Assembly (NCBI GenBank): GCA_903827975.1
Contig: CAIKKG010000014.1
Span: 1 to 50,832, forward strand
Direction: 5' to 3'
Source: an uncultured bacterium
GTDB taxonomy: Bacteria > Patescibacteriota > Minisyncoccia > UBA6257 > GWB1-50-10
DNA: 50,832 bases
Numbering within the stretch: position 1 is the stretch's first letter; each line of letters begins with the position of its first letter. This document shows positions 9,201-19,055 of this stretch, piece after piece. The notes under the pieces were generated by a model that was given only the letters and a program-made list of their open reading frames with translations, was not told the origin of the DNA and searched no databases. The position numbers and the translations under genes are program-made.

Positions 9201-9280
9201 GGTTGTATGAGCGGCAGCGGATGCGCACTCGCTCAACAATGTAAAAATTGGAGGTCACCACCGCAGCCGCTCATACAACC
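9201..9280 (+). promoter_or_regulatory. 20-bp-stem hairpin in the secA leader
   Basis: ggttgtatgagcggcagcgg (9201..9220) pairs with ccgcagccgctcatacaacc (9261..9280), with one mismatch and a 40-nt loop. It ends 15 nt before the secA ATG. Confidence 0.6.
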
Positions 9281-9299
9281 TAATACAGCAATTTTATGA
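9207..9299 (+). CDS. possible 30-codon leader ORF coupled to secA (MSGSGCALAQQCKNWRSPPQPLIQPNTAIL)
   Basis: Hand translation. Its TGA overlaps the secA ATG (ATGA). The ORF spans the whole hairpin. secA itself has no visible SD. Confidence 0.25.
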   Translation: MSGSGCALAQQCKNWRSPPQPLIQPNTAIL

Positions 9300-11797
9300 T
9301 GTCGTTTTTGTCAAAATTATTTCCGGATAGTAATTTAAAGCGCCTAGAGGGCGTTGTTTTTAGTATTAACGAGCTTGAGCCCGAGATAAAAAAAATGTCC
9401 TCAGATGAGTTAATAGCAGAGTCAAATTTACTTAAATCTAAAGTTATAGAGAGTGAGAGCGACGCGGTTTTAAAAAATGAAACATTAATTCGGGCGTTTG
9501 CACTCGTACGCGAGGCTAGTAGCAGGACCCTAGGTCAGCGTCATTTCGATGTTCAACTTATTGGAGGTGCTGTATTAAATGATGGAAAGATAGCAGAAAT
9601 GTTGACTGGTGAGGGTAAGACATTAACTGCGACATCAGCTGTGTATTTTAATGCACTTTCTGGAAAGGGAGCCCACGTTGTTACCGTTAACGATTATTTA
9701 GCAAAGCGCGATGCAGTCTGGATGGGACAGATTTATAATGCACTTGGTCTTTCTGTTTCGTGCATAGTTCATGATTCAGCATATATATATGATCCAAAAT
9801 TTGAATCAGAAGCATTAGATAAGGAGCGTGATGAGGTTGGTGGATTTCGTATTGTGGAAAAGTTTTTGCGCCCTATTTCAAGAAGGGAAGCATATGCGTG
9901 CGATATTACCTATGGAACAAATCATGAGTTTGGATTTGATTTTTTACGTGATAATTTAACACTCAACCTAAGTGAGCGCGTACAGCGAGAGCCTCATTTT
10001 GCAATAATCGATGAGGTGGATAGTATTTTGATTGATGAGGCTAGGACTCCGCTTATCATTGCATCTCCCGATGAAGAATCTAGTGAATACTATAAAACAT
10101 TTGCAAAAATAGTTGCCAGAATGATTCCTGAAGAAGATTATATTGCCGACGAAAAATTACGAACCGTATCCGCTACCGATGCTGGAATTGAGAAGGCTGA
10201 GAAGACATTAAATATAGATAATCTTTTTTCTCCAGAGAACGCACGGCTTGTTCATTATTTAAATGAAAGCTTGAAAGCGAAAGCCTTATTTCAGAAGGAT
10301 AAGCAGTATCTTATTAAAAACGATGAGGTTTTAATTGTCGATGAGTTTACCGGACGCGTACTTCAGGGAAGGCGATATTCAGGTGGTCTTCATCAGGCAA
10401 TCGAGGCAAAGGAAGGCGTCTTTGTTAAAAAAGAAAACCGCACCTATGCCCAGATTACTATTCAGAATTATTTCAGACTTTATAAAAAGATTTCGGGTAT
10501 GACTGGTACTGCTCAGACATCAGCAGAGGAGTTTCATAAAGTTTATGGATTAGATGTGGTTAGTATTCCAGCGAATAGGCCACTTGTGCGTAAGGACTTG
10601 TCTGACCTTATTTATAAAAGTAAGGAAGCGAAGTATCGCGCAATTGCTGAGGATGTTAAGGAGAGACACAAACTTGGACAGCCAGTTCTTATTGGAACAA
10701 CATCAATCGCGAACAACGAAATTATTTCTGAGTATCTAGCAGGACAGCATATTCCACATGAAGTTTTAAATGCAAAGAACAATGAGCGTGAAGGTTCTAT
10801 AATCGCACAGGCAGGACGTGTAGGCGCTGTTACTGTTGCAACAAACATGGCCGGAAGAGGAGTTGATATTTTGCTTGGTGGAAATCCACGCAATGATGAA
10901 GAAGCGAAAAAAATATTAGACCTCGGAGGATTACACGTAATCGGCACTGAGCGTCACGAGGCGCGTCGTATTGATAATCAGTTGCGTGGTCGCGCAGGTA
11001 GGCAGGGCGATCCTGGCTCCTCAAGATTCTTTTTGTCTATGGAGGACGATTTGATGAGAATCTTTGGCGGGGACAGAATGAAAAACCTGATGCAGATGGT
11101 AAACCTACCAGATGATGTTCCTATTGAGTCAAAAATGGTCTCACGATCAGTTAACCAGGCTCAGCAGAAAGTTGAAGGTAATAATTTCGACGCCAGAAAA
11201 CATCTTTTGGATTTTGACGATGTTCTTAATAAGCAACGTTCCGCAATTTATAATAAACGCACAAAATATTTACAGATGGGTGAGAGTGGAGAAATACTTC
11301 CACTTGTGCATGAAGTTTTAGAACACTTTGTTGAGATGTATGAGAGACAACACAAAGCGGGTATTTATAGTGCAGAAGGATCCAAACTAGTAGAAGAGGC
11401 GAAGTCAAAACTCGTGCTTATTCCTGAGACTGTTGAAAAAGAGCGCTCTATAATGCTAGGACAGCATCTTGTTCGCATATTGGATATGCTTTGGGTAGAG
11501 CACTTGGAAAATCTTGAATCACTTCGTGATACCGTAAATATAAGGGCATATGGTCAACACGAACCTCTTGTTGAATACAGAAAGGAGGCATTCCAATTAT
11601 TCCAGAGATTACAGATGAATTTTGAGCAGTATGCATTTAATTCTGTATTTTCTTTATTTGAACTTGATTCGAACAAAATTAAAGTGCAGGAGGCTGTGCC
11701 TAATAATGTAAAACCTGAAGAGGCGAGAGAGCTTGGTCGTAATGACCCATGCTATTGTGGAAGCGGGAAAAAGTATAAGCATTGTCACGGCAAATAA
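9296..11797 (+). CDS. secA: preprotein translocase ATPase SecA
   Basis: MLTGEGKTL Walker A, DEVDSILIDEARTPLII, TNMAGRGVDI, and a C-terminal zinc motif CYCGSGKKYKHCHG. Confidence 0.97.
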   Translation: MMSFLSKLFPDSNLKRLEGVVFSINELEPEIKKMSSDELIAESNLLKSKVIESESDAVLKNETLIRAFALVREASSRTLGQRHFDVQLIGGAVLNDGKIAEMLTGEGKTLTATSAVYFNALSGKGAHVVTVNDYLAKRDAVWMGQIYNALGLSVSCIVHDSAYIYDPKFESEALDKERDEVGGFRIVEKFLRPISRREAYACDITYGTNHEFGFDFLRDNLTLNLSERVQREPHFAIIDEVDSILIDEARTPLIIASPDEESSEYYKTFAKIVARMIPEEDYIADEKLRTVSATDAGIEKAEKTLNIDNLFSPENARLVHYLNESLKAKALFQKDKQYLIKNDEVLIVDEFTGRVLQGRRYSGGLHQAIEAKEGVFVKKENRTYAQITIQNYFRLYKKISGMTGTAQTSAEEFHKVYGLDVVSIPANRPLVRKDLSDLIYKSKEAKYRAIAEDVKERHKLGQPVLIGTTSIANNEIISEYLAGQHIPHEVLNAKNNEREGSIIAQAGRVGAVTVATNMAGRGVDILLGGNPRNDEEAKKILDLGGLHVIGTERHEARRIDNQLRGRAGRQGDPGSSRFFLSMEDDLMRIFGGDRMKNLMQMVNLPDDVPIESKMVSRSVNQAQQKVEGNNFDARKHLLDFDDVLNKQRSAIYNKRTKYLQMGESGEILPLVHEVLEHFVEMYERQHKAGIYSAEGSKLVEEAKSKLVLIPETVEKERSIMLGQHLVRILDMLWVEHLENLESLRDTVNIRAYGQHEPLVEYRKEAFQLFQRLQMNFEQYAFNSVFSLFELDSNKIKVQEAVPNNVKPEEARELGRNDPCYCGSGKKYKHCHGK

Positions 11798-11798
11798 T

Positions 11799-12071
11799 AT
11801 GTACGAACGACCCCTTACTATTGCAGAAATAAGGGAACAATATCCTGATAAAGCCGAAGCACTTTTGAAGGATCCTGTGCACGTATGGCGAGCTGAGACT
11901 GGAATAGAATTGATTCATAAAGAGCCAACAATGGATGAGCAAATAAGGATTTGGAATAATTGGAATGAGATGACCGATGAGATGAAAAAGAAAAGCGACG
12001 GAAAAAGTAAGGAATTATTTGGTAGTGAGAATGCTTTGCATAACGAGGAAATAATGCGAAATTTGAGATAA
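11799..12071 (+). CDS. hypothetical protein (90 aa)
   Basis: The track ORF from 11733 overlaps the secA end. The in-frame ATG at 11799 starts 2 nt after the secA stop. Confidence 0.5.
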   Translation: MYERPLTIAEIREQYPDKAEALLKDPVHVWRAETGIELIHKEPTMDEQIRIWNNWNEMTDEMKKKSDGKSKELFGSENALHNEEIMRNLR

Positions 12072-12097
12072 TAATAAGCCTTATCATACTAAGTAAA

Positions 12098-12126
12098 ATC
12101 CCCGCCAATATGGCGGGGATTTGTTT
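12098..12126. terminator. bidirectional intrinsic terminator
   Basis: Stem atccccgcc / loop aatat / stem ggcggggat, with A-run and T-run flanks between convergent genes. Confidence 0.7.
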
Positions 12127-12406
12127 AGAAGAAAACTCTGTCTAATAGTTTACTTAATTTTTTTTGCAAAGTTGATTTGCTAAAATATTTTTCCGAAATT
12201 TCAGGAATTCTTAAAATTGATTTTCTCGTTTTATCGCCGTTAATGTGCTCAATTTCTACTCGGATTGTACCACAAATCATGCACCAACGAATTACATCGA
12301 TTGTTCCTAGTGGTGCTATACCACAATAAATTACTGTAAAATCGTGAAGCTCCTTAGAGCACTTTACTGGAGTTCCTTCAATCTGAATTTTTTGATTTTC
12401 GCGCAC
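12125..12406 (-). CDS. hypothetical Cys-containing small protein (93 aa)
   Basis: GTG start preceded by aaggag with about 7-nt spacing. Four Cys, including CMIC. Confidence 0.55.
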   Translation of the reverse strand: MRENQKIQIEGTPVKCSKELHDFTVIYCGIAPLGTIDVIRWCMICGTIRVEIEHINGDKTRKSILRIPEISEKYFSKSTLQKKLSKLLDRVFF

Positions 12407-12464
12407 CGGTTACTCCTTTTAAATAACTTTTTTTATCGTAGACGTACAAAGGAAAAAGAGCAAC

Positions 12465-13268
12465 TTATTTTAAATATCCCGCCTTCGTAAGCCACTCCGC
12501 ATTTTCCCACTCCCAAAGTTTTTTAGCGCCTAGGAATGCAGTGAAATCTTCCTGCCAGTAAGGGGATTCCTTGAGTTCTATATGACCTTGCATCGCGCCC
12601 CATTCGTGTCTGCATGAGCGCATGACTGGATCATTCCATTGTATTTTTATCTGCGGTCTACCACCCTTGTTTCTTAAAAAGCCACCGCAAAAAATACATG
12701 GTCTACTCTGATCAATGCGCAATATCCAGCGCGTTTCTAAACCCTTAACATCGTCCTTCATTGCAGCAAGATACGCTGATGTCTGAAGATTATAGTCACG
12801 ATAAATTTCCTGTGATGTCTTAATGTCTAATATTCCAAGTTTCCCATCTATAAGAGCAATTGCATCAAGTGTACCAGCGTATCTGTGCTCATGGTTTACA
12901 AGACGAGCCTCAACATATTCCGGATCAACATGAATTTTTTTCTCTGACATAAAATTTCTCAATGCAGAAATAGAAGCTTCTATTGATTCAGGAACATCCA
13001 CAGGCTGATTTAAAAATATTTTTTCTGCAGTCTCGTGAATTAGGGTGCCCTCTACGGCCGACTGATTTTTTATTCGCTCTCCCTCGGCAAAACTAGAGAC
13101 CTTACCATAAAATCTATAGAGGGCTGGCTTCGCCTTAATTTCTAATATTCTAGTTACGCGTGGATACCAACCTGTATCAATTTCGTACCCACAACCGCTT
13201 TTAAATTCCTCAAGTGTTTTAAATTCATCCATAATGTTTGTGATATGTATGATACCAGTAAAAAGCAC
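12465..13268 (-). CDS. PD-(D/E)XK superfamily nuclease (RecB/Cas4-like fold)
   Basis: GTLIHE...YAGTLDAIALIDGKLGILDIKTS...YLAAM matches the D...D/ExK core plus a C-terminal Cys cluster. Start uncertain; the alternative ATG is at 13232. Confidence 0.65.
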   Translation of the reverse strand: MLFTGIIHITNIMDEFKTLEEFKSGCGYEIDTGWYPRVTRILEIKAKPALYRFYGKVSSFAEGERIKNQSAVEGTLIHETAEKIFLNQPVDVPESIEASISALRNFMSEKKIHVDPEYVEARLVNHEHRYAGTLDAIALIDGKLGILDIKTSQEIYRDYNLQTSAYLAAMKDDVKGLETRWILRIDQSRPCIFCGGFLRNKGGRPQIKIQWNDPVMRSCRHEWGAMQGHIELKESPYWQEDFTAFLGAKKLWEWENAEWLTKAGYLK

Positions 13269-13555
13269 TGTCTGGCAGTTGACCCAAAACGAGTTAAGTG
13301 GGGGAATATGAATTTATATAAAAGAATATAAATCCAGTGCAAATATTTTTTTATATTTCAAAACAAGAAACAGTAGCAAAGTAAAAATAAAATATATTTA
13401 TATTTTATCTATTAAATATGAGTTCGGGTGCGATATGAAGGTTTATGAGTTCTATACCTCAAACCCAAGGGGAAGTGTGGTTTTAAGAGGATTAAAACAG
13501 ATTAGACGTGTCGCACAATATATCTTTTACGACATAACAATGGTTTTTCTCCCTG

Positions 13556-14017
13556 TTATATAAAACTTATCACTTTACTCACTAGCTCTATTATTAATAG
13601 GATTATTCGCTTTATAAAGTCTACCGCCCACGTTACAAGCGCTGGTGTATTTAATAAATTCATCTTCTCCTTTACCCACTCTCCCATATTTAAGATCCAA
13701 TTTTTTATTGATTCAAATGTAATGCCATTTCTTTGAAGCCAATTTGTAATTCCACCGGTATCAATATTTCCACTAACGCCTGAGACCTTGTTTGAAATCT
13801 GGTTTGTTAGGTCTTCTACGGGCCCTTTAAGCTCATCTATTGGCCCATTTACGGTGTTTTTAAGCGCATCTACGGTATTTGTACCTACCTGAGCCATTGT
13901 GCTCAAAGGGAGTGAAAATAGGCCTAAAACACCAATAATTCCACATGTTACAAGTGTTACATGTATACTTTTACAAAATTTAGTGCGTTTCATCTGCTTA
14001 TTATACCATTTTGGCAT
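13556..14017 (-). CDS. hypothetical membrane-anchored/secreted protein
   Basis: N-terminal and C-terminal hydrophobic segments. Start overlaps the M23 gene stop (TAATG). Confidence 0.5.
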   Translation of the reverse strand: MPKWYNKQMKRTKFCKSIHVTLVTCGIIGVLGLFSLPLSTMAQVGTNTVDALKNTVNGPIDELKGPVEDLTNQISNKVSGVSGNIDTGGITNWLQRNGITFESIKNWILNMGEWVKEKMNLLNTPALVTWAVDFIKRIILLIIELVSKVISFI

Positions 14018-15345
14018 TATTTGCAGGATGAATCACTGGAGTGCGAAACATTAGAAATATCAGGTATATAGTCAATGGGATTTACCGTAATACCAATTGG
14101 CACGACGCCAGCTGCTGGTGGTACTGATTTAAACTGAATACTTGGTGCCCAGAAAACCGTGAAGTGGAGATGTGGACCGAATGTGTAGCCGGTATTTCCG
14201 CTATAGCCTATTACATCACCGCGATTTACAACCTGGCCTTCTTTAACAATTATGCGTGAAAGGTGTGCGTATAAAGTTGCGAGATTATTGTTGTGTTTGA
14301 TAATAATATATTTTCCATATTGAAATTTATTCCAGCGAGATGTTCCTCGGTCATTATTTCCAACCTTAAGTATTGTTCCAGATTCCGCAGCAAGTATAGG
14401 CGTTCCTATAGCACCACCAAAATCAACGCCATTATGCATTTTTGAACGATATGCACGGGCCGCAAATTTTGTAGGACCATAGCACTGTGTTATGTATGGC
14501 TCCTCTGCGGGAAAACCGAGTACACCAGTCCGCTTCAATGGTAGTAGCGTAGGATCAAATGTTGATCGAAGTTTATACTCAGCATCATCTATAACCGCGC
14601 TTATCTCGGCCTGCTTCTTATCTAGTTCTTCAATTTGTTGTGCATAAAATTGTTCCTGACTTTTTGTCTGTTCCAGAATCTTCTGCTTTTCATTTTTCTG
14701 TTCATTAACAATTATTTGAAGGTTAACTAAATTACTTGTCTGCGCCTGCTTAGTAACTTTTTTCTGTTTATTCTCGTCAATTTTATTTGTATAATCCTCT
14801 CTAAGATTTTTTAATTCAGTTATATTAGTACTAAGTGCTGTGTTTAGCGTTGTTATACTTTGAACCTCTGCAATGCTCTCACTTAATGAATTGCCCTTCA
14901 GTATGCGCGTAAATAAATCCTCACTTTCTTTTTGTTGTAACTCAGTGAGAAGATTTGCAATTGCCTGTTTCCTTATTGATATTGAAGAGCCGATTCCTCC
15001 GATTTGTCCGGAGAGAGAATTTATTTCAAGTTCTAACTTATTTACATTTACAGAATTAGCCTTAATTGAAAGATTAAGCTCGTTAATACTCGTGTTATAT
15101 GTCTGAATATCTTTTTTGATTGAGTTTCCAGACTTACTAATTTCCTCTAGAGTGTTATTTAATATTTCTCTCTGAGCCTGGATTTTTTGGAGTTCCGTGC
15201 CCTTCTCATCTATGCGCTTTTGAAGCTCCTCAAGGCTTGCTGATGACGATTGAGCAATATCTGCTGCGACCACATACGAAATATTATTTACCAAAAGGGC
15301 GGACACAAAAATAAACACAATACTTTTTTTAAAAAAGTTGCTCAT
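14017..15345 (-). CDS. M23 family murein endopeptidase with N-terminal coiled coil (EnvC-like)
   Basis: Signal or TM segment, a long Q/E/K/L-rich coiled coil, and M23 motifs HNGVDF and GNTGYTFGPHLHF. Confidence 0.85.
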   Translation of the reverse strand: MSNFFKKSIVFIFVSALLVNNISYVVAADIAQSSSASLEELQKRIDEKGTELQKIQAQREILNNTLEEISKSGNSIKKDIQTYNTSINELNLSIKANSVNVNKLELEINSLSGQIGGIGSSISIRKQAIANLLTELQQKESEDLFTRILKGNSLSESIAEVQSITTLNTALSTNITELKNLREDYTNKIDENKQKKVTKQAQTSNLVNLQIIVNEQKNEKQKILEQTKSQEQFYAQQIEELDKKQAEISAVIDDAEYKLRSTFDPTLLPLKRTGVLGFPAEEPYITQCYGPTKFAARAYRSKMHNGVDFGGAIGTPILAAESGTILKVGNNDRGTSRWNKFQYGKYIIIKHNNNLATLYAHLSRIIVKEGQVVNRGDVIGYSGNTGYTFGPHLHFTVFWAPSIQFKSVPPAAGVVPIGITVNPIDYIPDISNVSHSSDSSCK

Positions 15346-15348
15346 AAA

Positions 15349-16764
15349 TTATGATGACACTTCTAATTTGCGAAGCGCAATATTAATACGCTCTATGGAT
15401 TCAGCGCGACCAAGCACATAAAGAAGATCTGTTGGGCCTGGAGAGGACTCCATTCCAGATAGGGCTGTTCGTAGAGGCCACAATACATTACCTCTCCCCT
15501 CTTCATCGGCAAATTTAAGTATCGCGTCTTTTAATTCGGTACTAGGAAAATTTTCGTCAATTTCGTTTTTTATTAAATCCAAAATATTTTTTAGATTTTT
15601 AATAGCATCTTGCTGTGTTGTATCTTTCCATGGGATGGTTTCAACTTTATATTCCGGCAAGGTAAATATAAATTTTGAGTCATTCTGGAAGTCACATAAA
15701 TTTTTAAGTCTATCTTTTGATATTATTACTGAGCGATTAAATTTTGCTGAATCACTTAACCAGTCTGTTGGTACAAATGGAATTAGATTCTTTGAAAGTT
15801 CCTCGCTATCCATAGCTCTTATATGCATGAAGTTCAACCAGTCTAATTTTTCAGGGTTAAAAACGGCGCCAGCCTTTTGCACTCTTTTTATGGCAAACTC
15901 ATTGACCATTTCAAAAATTGATAACACTTCCCTATCTTCCTTTGGGTGCCAACCAAGTAAAACAAGAAAATTCAAAACTGCGGATGGAAGATACCCTTTA
16001 TTTTTATAGTCTGATAGAGAATTTGTTAAAAATCTTTTTGAAAGTTTCTTCTTATCTGCGCCTAAAATAAGTGGAAGATGGGCATAAGTTACTAAAGGAA
16101 ATCCAAGTGCCTCCTGTATGACTATTTGTTTAGGGGTATTTGATAGGTGTTCCTCGCCTCTTATAACGTGAGTTATTCTTTGTTCCTCATCATCAACCAC
16201 AACAGCCAGATTGTATAGTGGTTCTCTTAGTCCTTTGGCAATAATAATATCTCCGAATAGTTTTGTATCGAATTCAACTTTTCCGCGAATCATGTCAGAA
16301 AACGAAATAATTCGTTCTGGCATTTTCAATCTTATTACAGCCGACGAAGATTTTAGTTTGATTTCAAGATTTTCTTTTGAAATATTTTTACACTTCCCAC
16401 TATATTTAGGAATTATTCCCTGAGAGAGTTGTGCTTGATATTCCTCCTCCAGTTCTTTTGAGGAGCAGAAACAATAATATGCCTTGTTTTCTTCAAGGAG
16501 TTGCTTAAGAAATTTTTCGTATGCATCAAGACGATCTGTCTGACGAATTATAGGTTCATCTGGCACAATCCCAAGCCATTCAAGGTTTTGGAGTATGTCA
16601 TCTTCAAATCTTTTTTCCGAGCGCTCTTTGTCGGTATCCTCAATACGTAATAAAAATTTACCGCCCTCGTTTCTGGCAAAAAGCCAGTTAAATAAAGCAG
16701 TTCTTACGCCTCCAAGATGTAAAAATCCTGTTGGTGAAGGTGCGAATCGCACTCGTACATCCAT
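15349..16764 (-). CDS. gltX: glutamyl-tRNA synthetase
   Basis: RFAPSPTGFLHLGG (HIGH region), KLSKR (KMSKS region), and a class I GluRS layout. Confidence 0.95.
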   Translation of the reverse strand: MDVRVRFAPSPTGFLHLGGVRTALFNWLFARNEGGKFLLRIEDTDKERSEKRFEDDILQNLEWLGIVPDEPIIRQTDRLDAYEKFLKQLLEENKAYYCFCSSKELEEEYQAQLSQGIIPKYSGKCKNISKENLEIKLKSSSAVIRLKMPERIISFSDMIRGKVEFDTKLFGDIIIAKGLREPLYNLAVVVDDEEQRITHVIRGEEHLSNTPKQIVIQEALGFPLVTYAHLPLILGADKKKLSKRFLTNSLSDYKNKGYLPSAVLNFLVLLGWHPKEDREVLSIFEMVNEFAIKRVQKAGAVFNPEKLDWLNFMHIRAMDSEELSKNLIPFVPTDWLSDSAKFNRSVIISKDRLKNLCDFQNDSKFIFTLPEYKVETIPWKDTTQQDAIKNLKNILDLIKNEIDENFPSTELKDAILKFADEEGRGNVLWPLRTALSGMESSPGPTDLLYVLGRAESIERINIALRKLEVSS

Positions 16765-16811
16765 GGTTCAGATTATACCCCGAAATATGAACTTTGTCAC
16801 CCAAACTTAGA

Positions 16812-17939
16812 TTATATGCCGTGCGCAAGTCTAAGTATCTCATCCGAAATATCCTGAGCTGCTCTTGGTTTGAAAAAGTTTTTTGCCGCCATTTCTATTG
16901 ATTTTATTTTGTTCTCATCCTTAAGCATTGAATGAATTAAAGAAAGAACCAGATTTGTAGTTAGGTTTGACTCCTCTACTACTTGTGCTGCGCCGGTTTT
17001 GGAGTATGAATAAGCATTTTCTTTCTGGTGGTCATTTGCAGAGTCACTAAGTGGAATTAATATCGAAGGTCTTCCTAGTGCTGCAATTTCAAATATTGCG
17101 CCGGACCCAGCTCTTGAAATAACTATATCCGCAGATCCAAGTGCCTCTCTCATTCTGTTTTGAGCAAAATATGGAAATGGATGATAGTGGGCTCGAGTTG
17201 CAGAGTCTAATCCCATAAGTATCGATGAAGCTTGCGACTGAATCTCATCAAAGTTTAAATCCCCAGTCTGGTGCGTAATCTGCATATCAGTAAGAAATGT
17301 AGGTAGTGATTCAAGTATAAATAAATTTATTCTCGTTGATCCCTGAGAACCACCAAGCACAAGAATATTAATTTTATTAGGGTCTAGTTGCATGCCTCTT
17401 TTTATAGCTGGCATATCACCTATGTCTCCAGTTAATTCCCTTCTTACTGGATTTCCAACAACCCTAGCTTTTTTAGCCGAAAAATACTGAGCTGACTCCT
17501 CAAATGACAAGAGTACTCTTTTCGCAAATTTAGCCGAAATTCTATTTGTTAATCCTGGAACTGCATCTGATTCGTGAATAACAATCGGAATCATGTACCA
17601 CTTGGCCGCAATTATTACAGGTAGTGCCCCTGGGCCACCTTTTGAAAAAATAACGTCCGGCATTTCAAAATATAGTTTTACTAATGCCTGTAATATTCCG
17701 AAAAAGAATTTTGGAATGTCTATTATATTTTGAATATCAAAATATCTTCGTAACTTACTTGGTGCAATATTGTGAATAGAAATATTTCGTCTTTCAAACT
17801 CATCCATCATCGAATTTCTTGGTCCAAAATAAGAAAGTCGTAAATTATTTGAGGTTGCTTGTAATTCATCTGCAACCGCAAGAAGCGGATATAAATGTCC
17901 TCCTGTTCCGCCACCCACAAAAGCAACTCTGGTAATCAT
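16812..17939 (-). CDS. murG: undecaprenyl-PP-MurNAc-pentapeptide GlcNAc transferase
   Basis: VAFVGGGTGGHLYPLLAVADEL. ATG at 17939 lies just downstream of the ftsW stop (17941). Confidence 0.93.
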   Translation of the reverse strand: MITRVAFVGGGTGGHLYPLLAVADELQATSNNLRLSYFGPRNSMMDEFERRNISIHNIAPSKLRRYFDIQNIIDIPKFFFGILQALVKLYFEMPDVIFSKGGPGALPVIIAAKWYMIPIVIHESDAVPGLTNRISAKFAKRVLLSFEESAQYFSAKKARVVGNPVRRELTGDIGDMPAIKRGMQLDPNKINILVLGGSQGSTRINLFILESLPTFLTDMQITHQTGDLNFDEIQSQASSILMGLDSATRAHYHPFPYFAQNRMREALGSADIVISRAGSGAIFEIAALGRPSILIPLSDSANDHQKENAYSYSKTGAAQVVEESNLTTNLVLSLIHSMLKDENKIKSIEMAAKNFFKPRAAQDISDEILRLAHGI

Positions 17940-17940
17940 T

Positions 17941-19053
17941 TTAGCGTCTGTATTTAGATATATTAGCAATTATGCCGCACATGGTCAAAAAAACTGCGAG
18001 CGCGGTGCCACCATAGCTTATGAATGGTAGAGGAACTCCAGTCATCGGAATAACTCCTGAGATTGCACCGATATTAACAAATGCCTGTAGGCCGAACATG
18101 CACATAAAACTTGTGGCTAGGTAGCGGGCAAAAGTGTCCGATGAGTCGCGAGCAATTTTTAAACCACGCCAAAGGAACGCGAGGAATGCAATTAGTAGTG
18201 CTCCAGCACCAACAAATCCAAGCTCTTCAGAAATAACAGCAAAAATAGAATCACCCATAGGTTCAGGAAGGTAATATTTTGTTGTAGATTTTCCGAATCC
18301 AACTCCAAATAGTCCACCTGAACCTATTGCCAGCTGTGCCTGTGCAATATGATATCCCTTGCCTTGTGGGTCGCTCGCTGCATTTACAAACGTATCTAGA
18401 CGAGCTGTTCTATATGATTTAAAAGAAAAAAGTCCTATAACACCTAAGCAAGCTATTAATACAAGTGCTGCTAAAAATCGTATTTTTGCACCTGACGTGA
18501 AGTATACAAAAAGTGATGTGAAGAAAATTAATCCCGCCATTGATGTTGCTGGTTGTAATAGTAATAGTGACATCACGAGCCCGATGAGTATTGTAAATGG
18601 AGCAAGGCCCTCCAAAAAGTTTTTCCCTCTCTGTATATTTTTACTAATCCAGGCGGACAGGTAAATAAAAAAAGTCAGCTTCATTATTTCCCCGGGCTGG
18701 AAGGAAAATGTGCCTAGGTTTATCCATCTCGTTCCGCCTTTTAGTGTAACCCCAACGTGTGGAATTAAAACAAGAACAAGTAAAATTATTCCAGTTATTA
18801 AAATATAAGGAGCGAGTTTTTCCCATATCCTGTAGTAAATAAAATATCCAAGTAAAAACCCAATTATTCCTGGGATAAGACCACTTAATATCTGGTGCTT
18901 AACATAGTAGGCACTGTCATTAAATGCGCTTCTCGCACCTTCTGATGACGCACTCATAAGCATTACAAGTCCGAAAATTACAAAAATAACAACAAAGGAA
19001 ATAAATACCATGTCGGCGCCCGAACTTTTTGGATTTGAAAAACGCAAATTCAT
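17941..19053 (-). CDS. ftsW: SEDS-family peptidoglycan polymerase FtsW/RodA
   Basis: About 10 TM segments with SEDS-typical regions (QPGEIMK, LPEPMGDSIFAVISEELG, PFISYGGT). Position is between mraY and murG. Confidence 0.9.
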   Translation of the reverse strand: MNLRFSNPKSSGADMVFISFVVIFVIFGLVMLMSASSEGARSAFNDSAYYVKHQILSGLIPGIIGFLLGYFIYYRIWEKLAPYILITGIILLVLVLIPHVGVTLKGGTRWINLGTFSFQPGEIMKLTFFIYLSAWISKNIQRGKNFLEGLAPFTILIGLVMSLLLLQPATSMAGLIFFTSLFVYFTSGAKIRFLAALVLIACLGVIGLFSFKSYRTARLDTFVNAASDPQGKGYHIAQAQLAIGSGGLFGVGFGKSTTKYYLPEPMGDSIFAVISEELGFVGAGALLIAFLAFLWRGLKIARDSSDTFARYLATSFMCMFGLQAFVNIGAISGVIPMTGVPLPFISYGGTALAVFLTMCGIIANISKYRR

Positions 19054-19055
19054 TA

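Noticed and set aside
9207-9299. SecM/VemP-like secretion-monitor arrest peptide
   Set aside because: The 30-aa peptide has no signal sequence or TM segment, so it cannot sense export. It is retained only as a possible coupling uORF.
10612-10947. Antisense or out-of-frame ORFs inside long genes (for example 10612..10947, 15635..16009, 19312..19689, 39909..40340, 41493..41915, 47325..47909, 44910..45305)
   Set aside because: They are shadow ORFs fully embedded in genes with strong motif support on the other strand or frame. They have low-complexity or atypical composition.
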